Below, piece after piece: positions 11,732 to 23,130 of a DNA stretch of 64,000 nt. Source of the DNA: Octopus vulgaris (Eukaryota); assembly GCA_951406725.2 (NCBI GenBank), contig OX597822.1, positions 110,298,001-110,362,000 on the forward strand, written 5' to 3'. Each line of letters begins with the position of its first letter. Positions within the stretch are counted from its first letter, which is position 1. Under the pieces are notes generated by a model. That model did not search any database and was not told where the DNA came from. It saw nothing but the letters and a program-made list of their open reading frames with translations. The translations under genes and the position numbers were made by a program.

Positions 11732-12760
11732 TTACATAGAGAGTATTTTGCGTAGGATATGAGCAGTTCCCATGAGCACTATCTTTTGAACTTCTGCCAT
11801 TTTTGGGTTTCCTGGTATCTGAGTTAGGTAGCTATCAGCCCCTTTTGCTATCATTCCCAGGGCACCTATGACAACAGGTATTGTTTTAGTCTTCAGCTTC
11901 CACATTTTGCTGATTTCTATTTCAAGATCTTTATATTTGCTCAGTTTTTGGTAGGTCTTGACAGATACGTTTATATCGATTGGGACAGTCATATCAATGA
12001 GGAGGCATGTTCTTTGTTTGAAGTTTTTCAATATGATGTCTGGCCTATTTGCATCTATCTTCCTGTCAGTTTGAATGGTGAAGTTCCAGAGGAGTGAGAT
12101 GTGGTCATTTTCAAGCACTGGGGGTGGTTTGTGTTCCCACCAGTTTTTTTCATGGGGCAAATCCAGGTTTTTACAGATTACCCAGTGAATATATTGTGCA
12201 GCTCTATCGTGCCTGTTGAGATACTCTGTAGGCGCTAGAAGACTGCACTTGGAGACCACATGGTCAATGGTTTCATTTTGTTGCTTGCATACACGACACG
12301 TTGGACTGCTTCTGATCTTTAATATGTTGGCCTGGTAGTTTCTTGTTGGTAGGCATTGATCTTGAGCTGCTATGATAAACCCCTCTGTTTCAGATTTTAA
12401 GCCAGAGGCCATTAGCCATTGATGGGTCAGGGCTTTGTCGATATCTGCATTATTCGCTCTCTTTGGGTATTTGCCATAGAGAGGTTTTTCTTGCCATTTA
12501 TTATTCAGAATATCTAAGGCCGCAGTTTTGGCACGGGTTTTCATGCGCCTAGCTTTTTCTGTGCTTGTTTCTTGTATATCTATCTCCGAAATTGGTTGTA
12601 TTCGGAATTCACTTAGATATTCCTTTGCCTGTTTTGTGACTGAGTATGATGCTTTCTTGTTTTCATGTTTTGAGACAAGTTTTAGCATCCAGTCCTCAGA
12701 GTTTTTCAGGTAGGTGTCTAGGCCAATTGTAGCAATCTTCATTGTTATTGCCAGTTGCAA
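11732..12760 (-). CDS. C-terminal LINE ORF segment: zinc knuckle and restriction-like endonuclease
   Basis: 342-aa ORF with CCHC and PD..D-K motifs. Confidence 0.85.
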   Translation of the reverse strand: MQLAITMKIATIGLDTYLKNSEDWMLKLVSKHENKKASYSVTKQAKEYLSEFRIQPISEIDIQETSTEKARRMKTRAKTAALDILNNKWQEKPLYGKYPKRANNADIDKALTHQWLMASGLKSETEGFIIAAQDQCLPTRNYQANILKIRSSPTCRVCKQQNETIDHVVSKCSLLAPTEYLNRHDRAAQYIHWVICKNLDLPHEKNWWEHKPPPVLENDHISLLWNFTIQTDRKIDANRPDIILKNFKQRTCLLIDMTVPIDINVSVKTYQKLSKYKDLEIEISKMWKLKTKTIPVVIGALGMIAKGADSYLTQIPGNPKMAEVQKIVLMGTAHILRKILSM

Positions 12761-13314
12761 AAGACCACGGCCTCCCTCTTTCTTGGCAGATAGAGTCGTT
12801 CTGTATCTGCCTTAGGGTGGTGCATTCTATGCATTGTCAACAGTTTCCTTATTTTTCTGTCGAGCTGACATATTTCAGTAATTGACCAGTTAACAATATT
12901 GAAACTGTAAGTCACGACTGGTATAGCTAATGCATTGATTGCTTCGATCCTGTTTCTTGCATTCAGCTCTGTCTTGAGTATTGCTCTCACTCTTCGATAG
13001 CATTCTCTCCTGATCCTTTCCTTCATCTCTGAATGCCTTATTCCGTTCCCTTCAATTATCCCTAGGTACTTGTAGCTCTCCGCTGGGTCTAGTTCTTTTA
13101 TGACATTCTGTTGGTCAAGGTTAACGTTAGATGTTTCTGTCATTTTTCCTTTGATAAAGGTAGCCTTTGCACATTTATCGAGGCCGAATTGCATTCTGAT
13201 GTCGTCACTGAATTGTTTGACTATCGCTAGTAAGCCCTTGAGTTGTTGATCATTTTTTGCAAAAAGCTTTAAATCATCCATGTAAACGAGATGATTTATA
13301 TTTTTATCAAACAT
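12745..13314 (-). CDS. LINE reverse transcriptase C-terminal segment
   Basis: YMDD motif and thumb region. Confidence 0.85.
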   Translation of the reverse strand: MFDKNINHLVYMDDLKLFAKNDQQLKGLLAIVKQFSDDIRMQFGLDKCAKATFIKGKMTETSNVNLDQQNVIKELDPAESYKYLGIIEGNGIRHSEMKERIRRECYRRVRAILKTELNARNRIEAINALAIPVVTYSFNIVNWSITEICQLDRKIRKLLTMHRMHHPKADTERLYLPRKREAVVFCNWQ

Positions 13315-13355
13315 TTTATACCCGTACTGCGCGTATTTGAGCAGCTTTGAGAGAG

Positions 13356-13356
<1 letters not shown>

Positions 13357-13390
<34 letters not shown>

Positions 13391-13412
13391 CATTATTATT
13401 ATTATTATTATC

Positions 13413-13483
<71 letters not shown>

Positions 13484-13539
13484 CATTATTATTATTATTA
13501 TTATCATTATTATTATTATTATTATTATTATAATTATTA

Positions 13540-13594
<55 letters not shown>

Positions 13595-13596
13595 CA

Positions 13597-13627
<31 letters not shown>

Positions 13628-13647
13628 TATTATTATTATAATTATTA

Positions 13648-13717
<70 letters not shown>

Positions 13718-13725
13718 AATTATTA

Positions 13726-13780
<55 letters not shown>

Positions 13781-13850
13781 CATTATTATTATTATTATTA
13801 TTATTATCATTATTATTATTATTATTATAATTATTATTATAATTATTATC

Positions 13851-13909
<59 letters not shown>

Positions 13910-13962
13910 CATTATTATTATTATTATTATCATTATTATTATTATCATTATTATTATTATCA

Positions 13963-13995
<33 letters not shown>

Positions 13996-14045
13996 TATTA
14001 TTATCATTATTATTATTATCATTATTATTATTATTATTAGTATTA

Positions 14046-14079
<34 letters not shown>

Positions 14080-14233
14080 CATTATTATTATTATTATCAT
14101 TATTATTATTATCATTATTATTATTATCATCATTATTATTATTATTATTATCATTATTATTATTATCATTATTATTATTATTATTATTATTATCATTATT
14201 ATTATTATTATTATTATCATTATTATTATTATT

Positions 14234-14264
<31 letters not shown>

Positions 14265-14280
14265 TATTATTATCATTATA

Positions 14281-14344
<64 letters not shown>

Positions 14345-14390
14345 TATTATTATTATTATTATTATATTTTTTATTATTATAATTATTATT
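13357..14390. repeat. About 1-kb (ATT)n array with ATC/ATA/AGT variants
   Basis: Direct; source of the poly-I/L/Y ORFs. Confidence 0.97.
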
Positions 14391-14580
14391 GAGTGAGAGA
14401 GCAGTGCATGCTATCAAAGTGACACTGGGGTAAGATATACGAAGCTCAATATACCCATCATGACTACCCGTCTGATAAGGGTACACCAGGCATATGCATC
14501 ACAACCATGTATGCGCGACATGGTAATTTCATATCAAGATAAACAGCGCATGACATTGCAGGTGCGGCCCAGTTAGAATC
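14391..14580 (-). mobile_element. Family D element fragment between (ATT)n arrays
   Basis: Ends CTCTCTCACTC-(AAT)n on minus, like the other copies. Confidence 0.8.
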
Positions 14581-14649
<69 letters not shown>

Positions 14650-15059
14650 CTGTGGAGTGCGTCGGACGTGTTTTCGAACGCTCTAAGTAAGCCCTCATTG
14701 CATTCATTGTTTACACCTGTTTAATGCTGTTTTTTGTGTGGATTTTGCGTTCCAATTTGTTACAGAAAACAGCAGGAATCTGTTACTGGTTCCTCTGCAG
14801 TTGTTTGGTCCTGTAAAGGGCAAATATTCGGCCCTTCAGAAAATCGTTCGAGGGGCGTTTAAAAACAACAATTTGAACAAGATGGCGGCGTCCACCTTAA
14901 AACAATTAGAAGGAAAACATTTCCTCTTCCCAGTCTTCTTGCAGCTGAAGACTTGTTTATCGCTCGAAGATTGACCGTTTTTTCTAAAGGGCCAATCAAA
15001 CTAGTCCATTTCTTTTTAAAGGTGTAGCGTTTGTAAGAGTATAGATTGAATTAATATAT

Positions 15060-15359
<300 letters not shown>

Positions 15360-15639
15360 TATATGCATGTATGTATGTAAGAAGGTATATATTTATGGTA
15401 CCGAAAACCATGTGTCGCGAGACTCAACCGTCCAAGTTCCTTTACAGATCTTACCAAAACTGAAAACACTGCTGCAATAAATGTGTGAATATGAGAGCGG
15501 AATATGTTGAATAAAATCATAGTTAACTGATCCTCCTGTATTTTCTTTTACCTAAAGCGAGGAACTTTTCAGCACCCTTCGTATATGAGTGTGTGTATGT
15601 GTGTGTGCGTATATATATATATATATATATATTTCAATA

Positions 15640-15801
15640 TGTGACGTCGTGAGTACCGCTGGCGATTTTTTTCCTCTGTCTTCCCTTCTCGGGATCTTTC
15701 CTTCTCCTATGTTTCCCTTCTTTCCTGAGCGTCCAATAATACTTTATTTGTTCCACGTCCTCGCGTTGTTGTTTTGTTTTTGTGTTTTCTTGTTTGGATT
15801 A

Positions 15802-15805
<4 letters not shown>
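15640..15805 (+). mobile_element. Relative of the 2.7/34.3-kb repeat lacking the hammerhead core
   Basis: Shares CCTGAGCGT...AATAC...TTTGTTC downstream motif; flanked by (TA)n. Confidence 0.45.
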
Positions 15806-15834
<29 letters not shown>

Positions 15835-15840
<6 letters not shown>

Positions 15841-16078
15841 ATTAGAGATAAAACCACTATTAGGCAAATCAAACAATGAAAAACGTAAGCCAATACATAA
15901 AATTAATTAAGTTATATTATTTTAAATATATATCAAAAGTATTAAAAGTTTAATAAAAGATAAACTTTTAATACTTTTGATATATATTTAACATAATATA
16001 AATTAATTAATTTTATGTATTGGCTTAAGTTTTTCATTGTTTGATTTGCCTAATAGTGGTTTTATCTCTAATTTAATA
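15835..16078. repeat. Long inverted repeat, about 118-bp arms, 8-nt loop
   Basis: TATTAAATTAGAGATAAAACCACTATTAGG... / ...CCTAATAGTGGTTTTATCTCTAATTTAATA. Confidence 0.92.
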
Positions 16079-16166
16079 TAATATAATATTTTACTATAAA
16101 ATTGGATTCAATCCTAAATCTGATTTTTCCCTGTAAGTTTGGATTTATTCCCTAATATTTTATTAT

Positions 16167-16216
<50 letters not shown>

Positions 16217-17044
16217 GTATATGTACGGCTAAGATGCATGATATAAACTAGTCACATACACGCACATTATTACGCGTTCCTCTTGGGCAATGTATCTTCA
16301 TATATAATTATGATTCGTTACGAATTATATGCAATATGGATTCTCCATAAGAATGTGTACACAATTTTCTCTCAGTTTCAGAATTCACCTAATTTCTGAT
16401 TTACGCTTAATTTCGTTAGTACATTTTTTATCATATCGATTGCCTGTTCATAAAAAAAATCTGGGGCCTTATAAAATTGTGTTGCTGGCCACTCTCTGAA
16501 GTTGTAATTAGTAAGCAAAAGGCGAATGACTTTGTACAAAATCTAGTCTTATTTTATTTGCCAATGTTCATGCCTTTAATACAAATTAGATGTCAAAGTG
16601 AGATATTAACATAGTGATTGGCAATTATTTTCTTGTAGTTCAATAATTTGTGGTTCCAAAATCGAGTGTACCAACCTAATTCAGATGGGAAAGAGAGGTG
16701 CAATTTATAAAAAGCCCATACGAAATATCTTGTAAATGATAAGCTAAAAATTTTTCAAGCTGAAAGAAGGTGAATTGGAACCGAAATAATTGAAAATAAA
16801 GCGCATTAAAGCAGGAATTAATTTCTTATAAAATTTTCATTCAATATATTACTTTGGTAGTCTTATGTCACTCATGTAGTGCAGGTAAAGATGTTCTCGT
16901 GAAAAATCTGTTTCAATTATGGCGCTCTATGGAAAATATGTTAATCAAACAGCAAGGAGACTTGAAATCTAAAGCGGATTCTAGACAAGTTATGGATAAC
17001 TCTAGACCAAGTTACACACAACAAAAAAAAGAAGAATTATACAT

Positions 17045-17433
17045 AGGCGCAGGAGTGGCTGTGTGGTAAGTAGCTTGCTAACCAACCACATGGTTGCGGG
17101 TTCAGTCACACTGCGTGGCATCTTGGGCAGGTGTCTTCTGCTATAGCCCCGGGCCGATCAATGCCTTGTGAGTGGATTTGGTAGACGGAAACTGAAAGAA
17201 GCCTGTCGTATATATGTATATATATGTATGTGTGTGTTTGTCCCCCTAGCATTGCTTGACAACCGATGCTGGTGTGTTTACGTCCGCGTCACTTAGCGGT
17301 TCGGCAAAAGAGACCGATAGAATAAGTAGTGGGCTTACAAAGAATAAGTCCCGGGGTCGATTTGCTCGACTAAAGGCGGTGCTCCAGCATGGCCGCAGTC
17401 AAATGACTGAAACAAGTAAAAGAGTAAAAGAGT
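17045..17433 (+). mobile_element. SINE family A, near full length
   Basis: AGGCGCAGGAGTGGCTGTGTGGTAAG head; tail GTAAAAGAGTAAAAGAGT. Confidence 0.9.
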
Positions 17434-17893
17434 ATTTTTGTTCGCTTACGCAAGTTTCGGATAGAATGGCACTTCAAAATTCTGCGATGCAGAAATCATA
17501 CGCATTAATCGAACCAACAAGTGATAGAGATAGAGATAGAGGAACTTAATACCATCCTATCCTTATCAAAGCTATACCACACTGCTTAGAACAATAAACA
17601 TTTTCTGGGAAGTAATTGTGATAAAATTAATAATATTTGACCAGCGCAAGCAGCGAAGGAATTATCTTAGCAGGCCTACTTAGGAATGATATTTATAACG
17701 TCATGCTGGAATTGTAGTATGATACTTATTTTCAGCCATCCCGCCCGTCAACTTGTAGAATGCTTGACATCATTGAAAAACCTATTTTCTCTATTACTGA
17801 TCAATTGAAACAGAGGAGGTATGAAGAACCAGGCTATTCATTAGATATTACCACTATTGTTATTAGGCAATTATTATTATTATTATTATTATT

Positions 17894-18421
17894 GAGTGAG
17901 AGAGCAGTTCATGCCATCAAAGTGACACTGGGGTAAGATATACGAAGCCCAATATACCCATCATGACTACCCGTCTGATAAAGGTACACCAGGCACATGC
18001 ATCACAACCATATGTGCGCGACATGGTGATCTCATATCAAGATAAACAGCACATGACCTTGCAGGTGGAGCCCAGTTAGAATTTTCTTCTGGTCGAGTTA
18101 AGGATTGTTTAAGGATGTTGAACGAAACACCCATGTTTCCAAAGGTGAAGTATTCAAACTCCCAAGAATTCCTCTCAACACATGGCTATAATGCTCCCCC
18201 ACTACTTCTGCTCGTGATCAGAGATGCATATATCGTCAGCCACTAAGGGACATGCTAAAATGGTTAAGGTCAAACAACTGACAAGCAAATCTGTGGTATT
18301 GAGCAGAATATTTGCTGTAGCCCATCTTTTATACCAAGACAAAACAATGTAAATGATAACACTTCCAAACAGTTAAGATCAGAAGCCACGAGAGCCACTG
18401 CCTGGTACTGCATCAGGGCAT
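17894..18421 (-). mobile_element. Longest copy of family D (about 530 bp), bounded by (ATT)n on both sides
   Basis: Contains the other family D fragments; no ORF. Confidence 0.85.
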
Positions 18422-18430
18422 TTATTATTA

Positions 18431-18500
<70 letters not shown>

Positions 18501-18982
18501 CATTCAGTAGTTTTATTTTTATAGCGTGCTTTCACTTCACTACCGAGCGCAGCTCTGTGTGCCTTGGGTATGTTCTGTGATTTGTTGTGATACTCTGATG
18601 GTTATTGTATGGAAAGTGTTCTGCGTAGGATGTGTGCAGTGCCTAGTAGTGCAATTTTCTGTATGTTATATGTGTTTGTAAGTCCTGGTGTTTTTGTTAT
18701 GTATTTGTCTGAATATTTTTTTATCATGCCTAATGCACCTACTATGATTGGAATTGTTTCTGTTTTCAGATTCCACATTCTAGTTACCTCTATTTCCAGG
18801 TCTTTGTATTTTGAGAGTTTCTCCATTTCTTTTAGAGACACGTTGTCATCTGCCGGTATTGATACATCAATTAGAAAGCATTTTTTCTTCATGATCTCTG
18901 ACAACTATATCTTGTCTGTTGGCCTTAATTTCTCTATCTGTGTGTATCGGCATATCCCAGAGTATGGTTGCTTTCTCGTTTT
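18501..18982 (-). mobile_element. R4/Dong-like LINE 3' fragment, same family as 9342-10218
   Basis: ATILWDMPIHTDREIKANRQDIVVRD; CFLIDVSIP...ALLGTAHILRRTLSIQ; near-identical 3'UTR. Confidence 0.9.
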
Positions 18983-19059
18983 CGTAGAGTACCGGTCCGT
19001 TTATTTCTGTTGTCACATTATTTCGCACGTGTATTTTTTCGTACATTTTTTGTTGTAAG

Positions 19060-19335
19060 TTTAATGTACGCACCGCTCGATTGTTATTCTTGGGTTGAAT
19101 AGTATCGGTGGCATTTAATTTCTTCGTAGTTCCTTTGTACATGGTGTTTGGGGTCGGGGATGATCGTGATGTTCCACGCATGTTTACATGTGTTGTGTTA
19201 GAGGTGGAGATGATATCGAGTCAAAATACATCATTTCGTTTCGAAAATAGTAATACATTTCAATTAGTATTACTTACTCGGATACAGTCCAATTCTTTGT
19301 TAGTAAATCTTTGGCTCCATAAGATGTCCTTGTTT
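19060..19335 (-). pseudogene. Decayed adenain-like cysteine protease remnant (Polinton/Maverick type)
   Basis: Across frameshifts: ELD..., YYYFRNEMMYFDSISSPP, IQPKNNNR, GAY; order resembles NLD..HW / YFDSxG.PP / IQ...CG.YC. Confidence 0.4.
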
Positions 19336-19423
19336 TCGATGTTTGTGGATAGATTTCAGAGCTCTGTATTTTCCTTCTTACATCTTAAACGTCCCCAGGT
19401 GTTCTCTCTTAAACGTTCCCCGG

Positions 19424-19477
<54 letters not shown>

Positions 19478-19689
19478 CATTATTATTATTATTATTTAAA
19501 GTCTTTAATTAAGTTTGTAATTACAGTGTTTAATTATTGTTTTGTTAATTATTTTAAATCAATTTTAAATTTATTTTATAATTACATTTTAATTTATTTC
19601 AAAATTTATTTAGATTTTTACTTTGTTGATCATAACATATCGTAATTATATTACAATTATTTTAATTTTCAACATCTATGTTTTAAGGT

Positions 19690-20465
19690 ACATCACGACC
19701 TAAATAATTACCGAAGGTTTTGTTCAAAGATGTGAGGATTAAGTGCTGTGTTCCTTCCTGTTGACCACGTTTTCGTAGTCTCCATTTCAACTGTCCATGT
19801 CGTATTTTACGGCCCTTACAATATTCACAGAGCAGCTAAAAGGGAGACCACGAAGCGGTGGTCAACAGGAAGGAACACTGCAGGGGTTCAGTTTGAATCC
19901 GTGCACCGGAGTCCAACTTCACATCTTTGAACAAGTCCTTACTCTCTATTCAGACAACTATGTGAAGACGCTGGAGAATGTGGTGAATCCTTGGACGAGG
20001 TGCGTTGCTCCTAGAAGGTCATATGAGTGTCAGCAGGATTCGGCACCTTGTTACACACCCAGAAAGAGTCAGAATTGATTGCTGAAGAATTTCTACGACT
20101 TCGCCAGTCCCAGTTTCTAATTCTCCCGATTTTAATCCCGTGGATTACTATGTGTGAGGTGAGGTGCGGTTGAGAATGACACCAACCTCTCTGCCTGCAA
20201 CACTAAGGTGAAACTGGTTGCTTAGACCAAATATGTGGTGAAAGATTTTCCCAAGGACACAGTAAGGAATGCACGAAGCTGGTTGTGGAGTTGTCTCTAC
20301 GCCGTAGTGGAAGCTGTGGCCGGCTACTTCAAGTAAACTGTTATCTCCTAGCCATAACCTAGTTGATATTGTTTGATTTTTAAAAATACTTTTATCTTTT
20401 CATGGAATAGTGTATTTTCATCTCCTTTTATGCAAATTGTAAAATTTATTACGAAAACACTGCAT
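19690..20465 (+). mobile_element. Decayed Tc1/mariner (maT-like) transposon, right part
   Basis: YECQQDSAPCYT and SPDFNPVDYYV motifs; probable terminus near ...GAAAACACTG. Confidence 0.7.
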
Positions 20466-20647
20466 GCATATATATATAGTCCCTTAATATTTGATATTTA
20501 ATCTATTGAATAAGACAATCAATACTTCATTTCATTTTACTATGTATACTATTTATAATATATATATTCTATATTCTACATTAATATTATAAAAATATAA
20601 ATAAAACATAAAAAAAAAACAGACAGAGTTGGAATTCCTTTGAATAA

Positions 20648-20908
20648 AGACCCCCTTCGGTCATGAATGACCATGGGATTGCACCTAGAAATTTACCCTC
20701 CTAGACACAAGTCCGGGCAAGGTTGTTTATGGAAGACCAGCAGTCGCCCATGCATACCAGCCTCCCCTCTCCACGCCACCAGTGTTATCCAAGGGAAAGA
20801 CAAATGTCGATACAGCTTGGCACCAGTGACATCGCAACTCATTTCTACAGTTGAGTGAACTGGAGCAACGTGAAATAAAGTGTCTTGCTCAAGAACACAA
20901 CACGCAGC
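20648..20908 (-). mobile_element. 5'-truncated SINE with CORE-like domain and 11-bp TSD
   Basis: TSD CCTTTGAATAA at 20637-20647 and 20909-20919; GAGCAAGACACTTTATTTCACGTTGCTCCAG shared with the 22806 SINE. Confidence 0.8.
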
Positions 20909-20918
20909 CCTTTGAATA

Positions 20919-21000
<82 letters not shown>

Positions 21001-22805
21001 TTTTTTAAGCACAGTTAAATTCACTTATGGTGTGACAATTATATGAATTTCCTTCACGTAAACAAAACCAATCCTCGTTTGACAAGTCCGATTCACTTAC
21101 ATCGTATATATCGGACGTCATTGTTAGCAGTCATGACGCCATTTGCCTACAAATTAGTAAGCAGCTTTACTTGAGATTATGTGTGTATGTGTGTGCATGT
21201 GTAAACTTCAATTCAGAGCTAAGTGTGTGTGTAAATAACTGATCTGCGTTTCTCCTTTCGATCCTCAGCGTGAAACTATAACGATGAATTATATCAAAAT
21301 GGTGTATTCTTGTCTCGATTTTGGGACTTGTTGTACAATGTATGTGCAGAGTTTGACCGGAATCGTGTGTACATTCACACCATAGAGAAAAAAGCATCTC
21401 AATATTATTTATCTCTAAGGTGGCGAGCTTATAGACAAAATATTTAGCGGCATTTCGTCTGTCTTTAAAATTTGAAACCAATATCACTGTTGAAAAATAC
21501 GGCATTTCCGCTTAAGACCGACTCACGACGAACAATAGTGGCGGCGATTTGTAGACAAAAACTCCGATAGAAAAGACACTTTCAATATATGCGAGACCAT
21601 TTCATACAAATATTTCAATTTTTTTTTTCATTGCCGGAAAACATTTCTATTCTACTAGAGTACAAAATAATTCAATATATTGATGTGAATCAGATCCGTA
21701 TCATCACTATTACCTTTTCAAACAGTCGTGTCACTTTCCTTGGTTTCGCGTTCATATTGTGTGTATATTTATCGTGTATAGGATTTGTAGTCATTTGGGT
21801 TAGCAATGTTTTTTTTCCTTCAGGTATGGAAAAGAATAACTTTCTATAGCTGTGTTGACATCAATATAGAAAAGTCTATATAAAGGCTTCCTCTACACTT
21901 GCAACCATCAACCTTCCAAGGTATTTCTTCACACGACACCAATTTCTCAATTATTTCTCAATTCCTTTGTAGATACAAACAAATAAAACTGTAGTTAACA
22001 ATTTCATATTTTATGTAGAAAACGACTTTGAAACAAACGGAGAAAGTACTATCTCTTAAGGATGTAATATTGGTCATGGCCTGATTGTTTCAGTTTTTAA
22101 AACAAATATCAGAAAGATTTTCGAAAATGGTAATTTTTTTACTTGAAATTGGGCGCTGTTGATTTCATTAATGAGTAATTAGTGAAACTGTTTTCAGAGG
22201 TTGGAAGAAGTTATGATGGCCCTTTTTAATAATTAAAAACCGTAAATGTATCAGACTCGTCATCACACATACTAATATTAAAAACTAATACTATAACTAT
22301 GTTTAGCTTCGCATTATGGACCAACTTAATGAGATGCTAACGGTACACGTTTAGTTATTGAATATATTGGAGCTAAAGTTATTATGGCAAATATTATAAC
22401 TGTACACCTTCAGCACAAGAAAACTAAAAATAAGAAAACATTTAGAGTGTCGTGTTTCTTCACGAGGTGAGGCATTTTCTTCCTATTAAATTATAAATAT
22501 TACAATAAATGAATCACAAGCGTTTGACATTACTTCTCTCTGTTTACCAAAATCAGTATTCACACGTGGCCTTCTCTAATGTATCCACAGGGTTTTCATG
22601 TTTTGAATATATTCATATCACATACGAAAACACTACAAAAGATACCGTCTACAAGGAATTTCTAATATAAGAAAGGCTTCCGAGAAACAGCAACATTACA
22701 GCAGATGAGCAACAGAATAAGCAACAGTAGAGGTTCATAAACTGCTGTATATTATCAAATACATAACCAATAATACAACATGATAAGTAATAACTAATAA
22801 ACGTG

Positions 22806-23130
22806 TGAAGGCGCGTGGCTTAGTGGTTAGAGGCATTCGGCTCCTGATCGTAATGTCGCGAGTTCAATTCACAGCGGCGCGTTGTGTCCTTAAGCAAGAC
22901 ACTTTCTTTCACGTTGCTCCAGTTCACTCAGCTGGCAAAAATGAGTAGTACCTGTATTTCAAAGGGTTAGCTTTGTCACACTCTGTGTCACGCTGAATCT
23001 CCCCGAGAACTACGTTAAGGGTACACGTGTCTGTGGAGTGCTCAACTACTTGCACGTTAATTTCACGAGCAAGCTGTTCCGTTGATCGTATCAGCTGGGA
23101 CCCTCGTCGTCGCAACCGACGGAGTGCTGC
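22806..23130 (+). mobile_element. tRNA-derived SINE with CORE-like centre and family B-type tail
   Basis: GGCGCGTGGCTTAGTGGTTAG...AGTTCAATTC head; 3' half shared with family B. Confidence 0.85.

Larger units (their letters stand above)
11497..13356 (-). mobile_element. 5'-truncated R4/Dong-like non-LTR retrotransposon, well preserved
   Basis: RT motif HLVYMDDLKLF, FGLDKC, YKYLG; knuckle CRVC...ETIDHVVSKC; RHD; REL motif RPDII...LIDMTVP...KLSKYKDL. One frameshift near 12770-12785 (EGGRGL). (ATT)n on both sides. Confidence 0.95.

Noticed and set aside
13316-14396. Long poly-Ile/Leu ORFs (349 aa, 216 aa)
   Set aside because: Translations of (ATT)n arrays.
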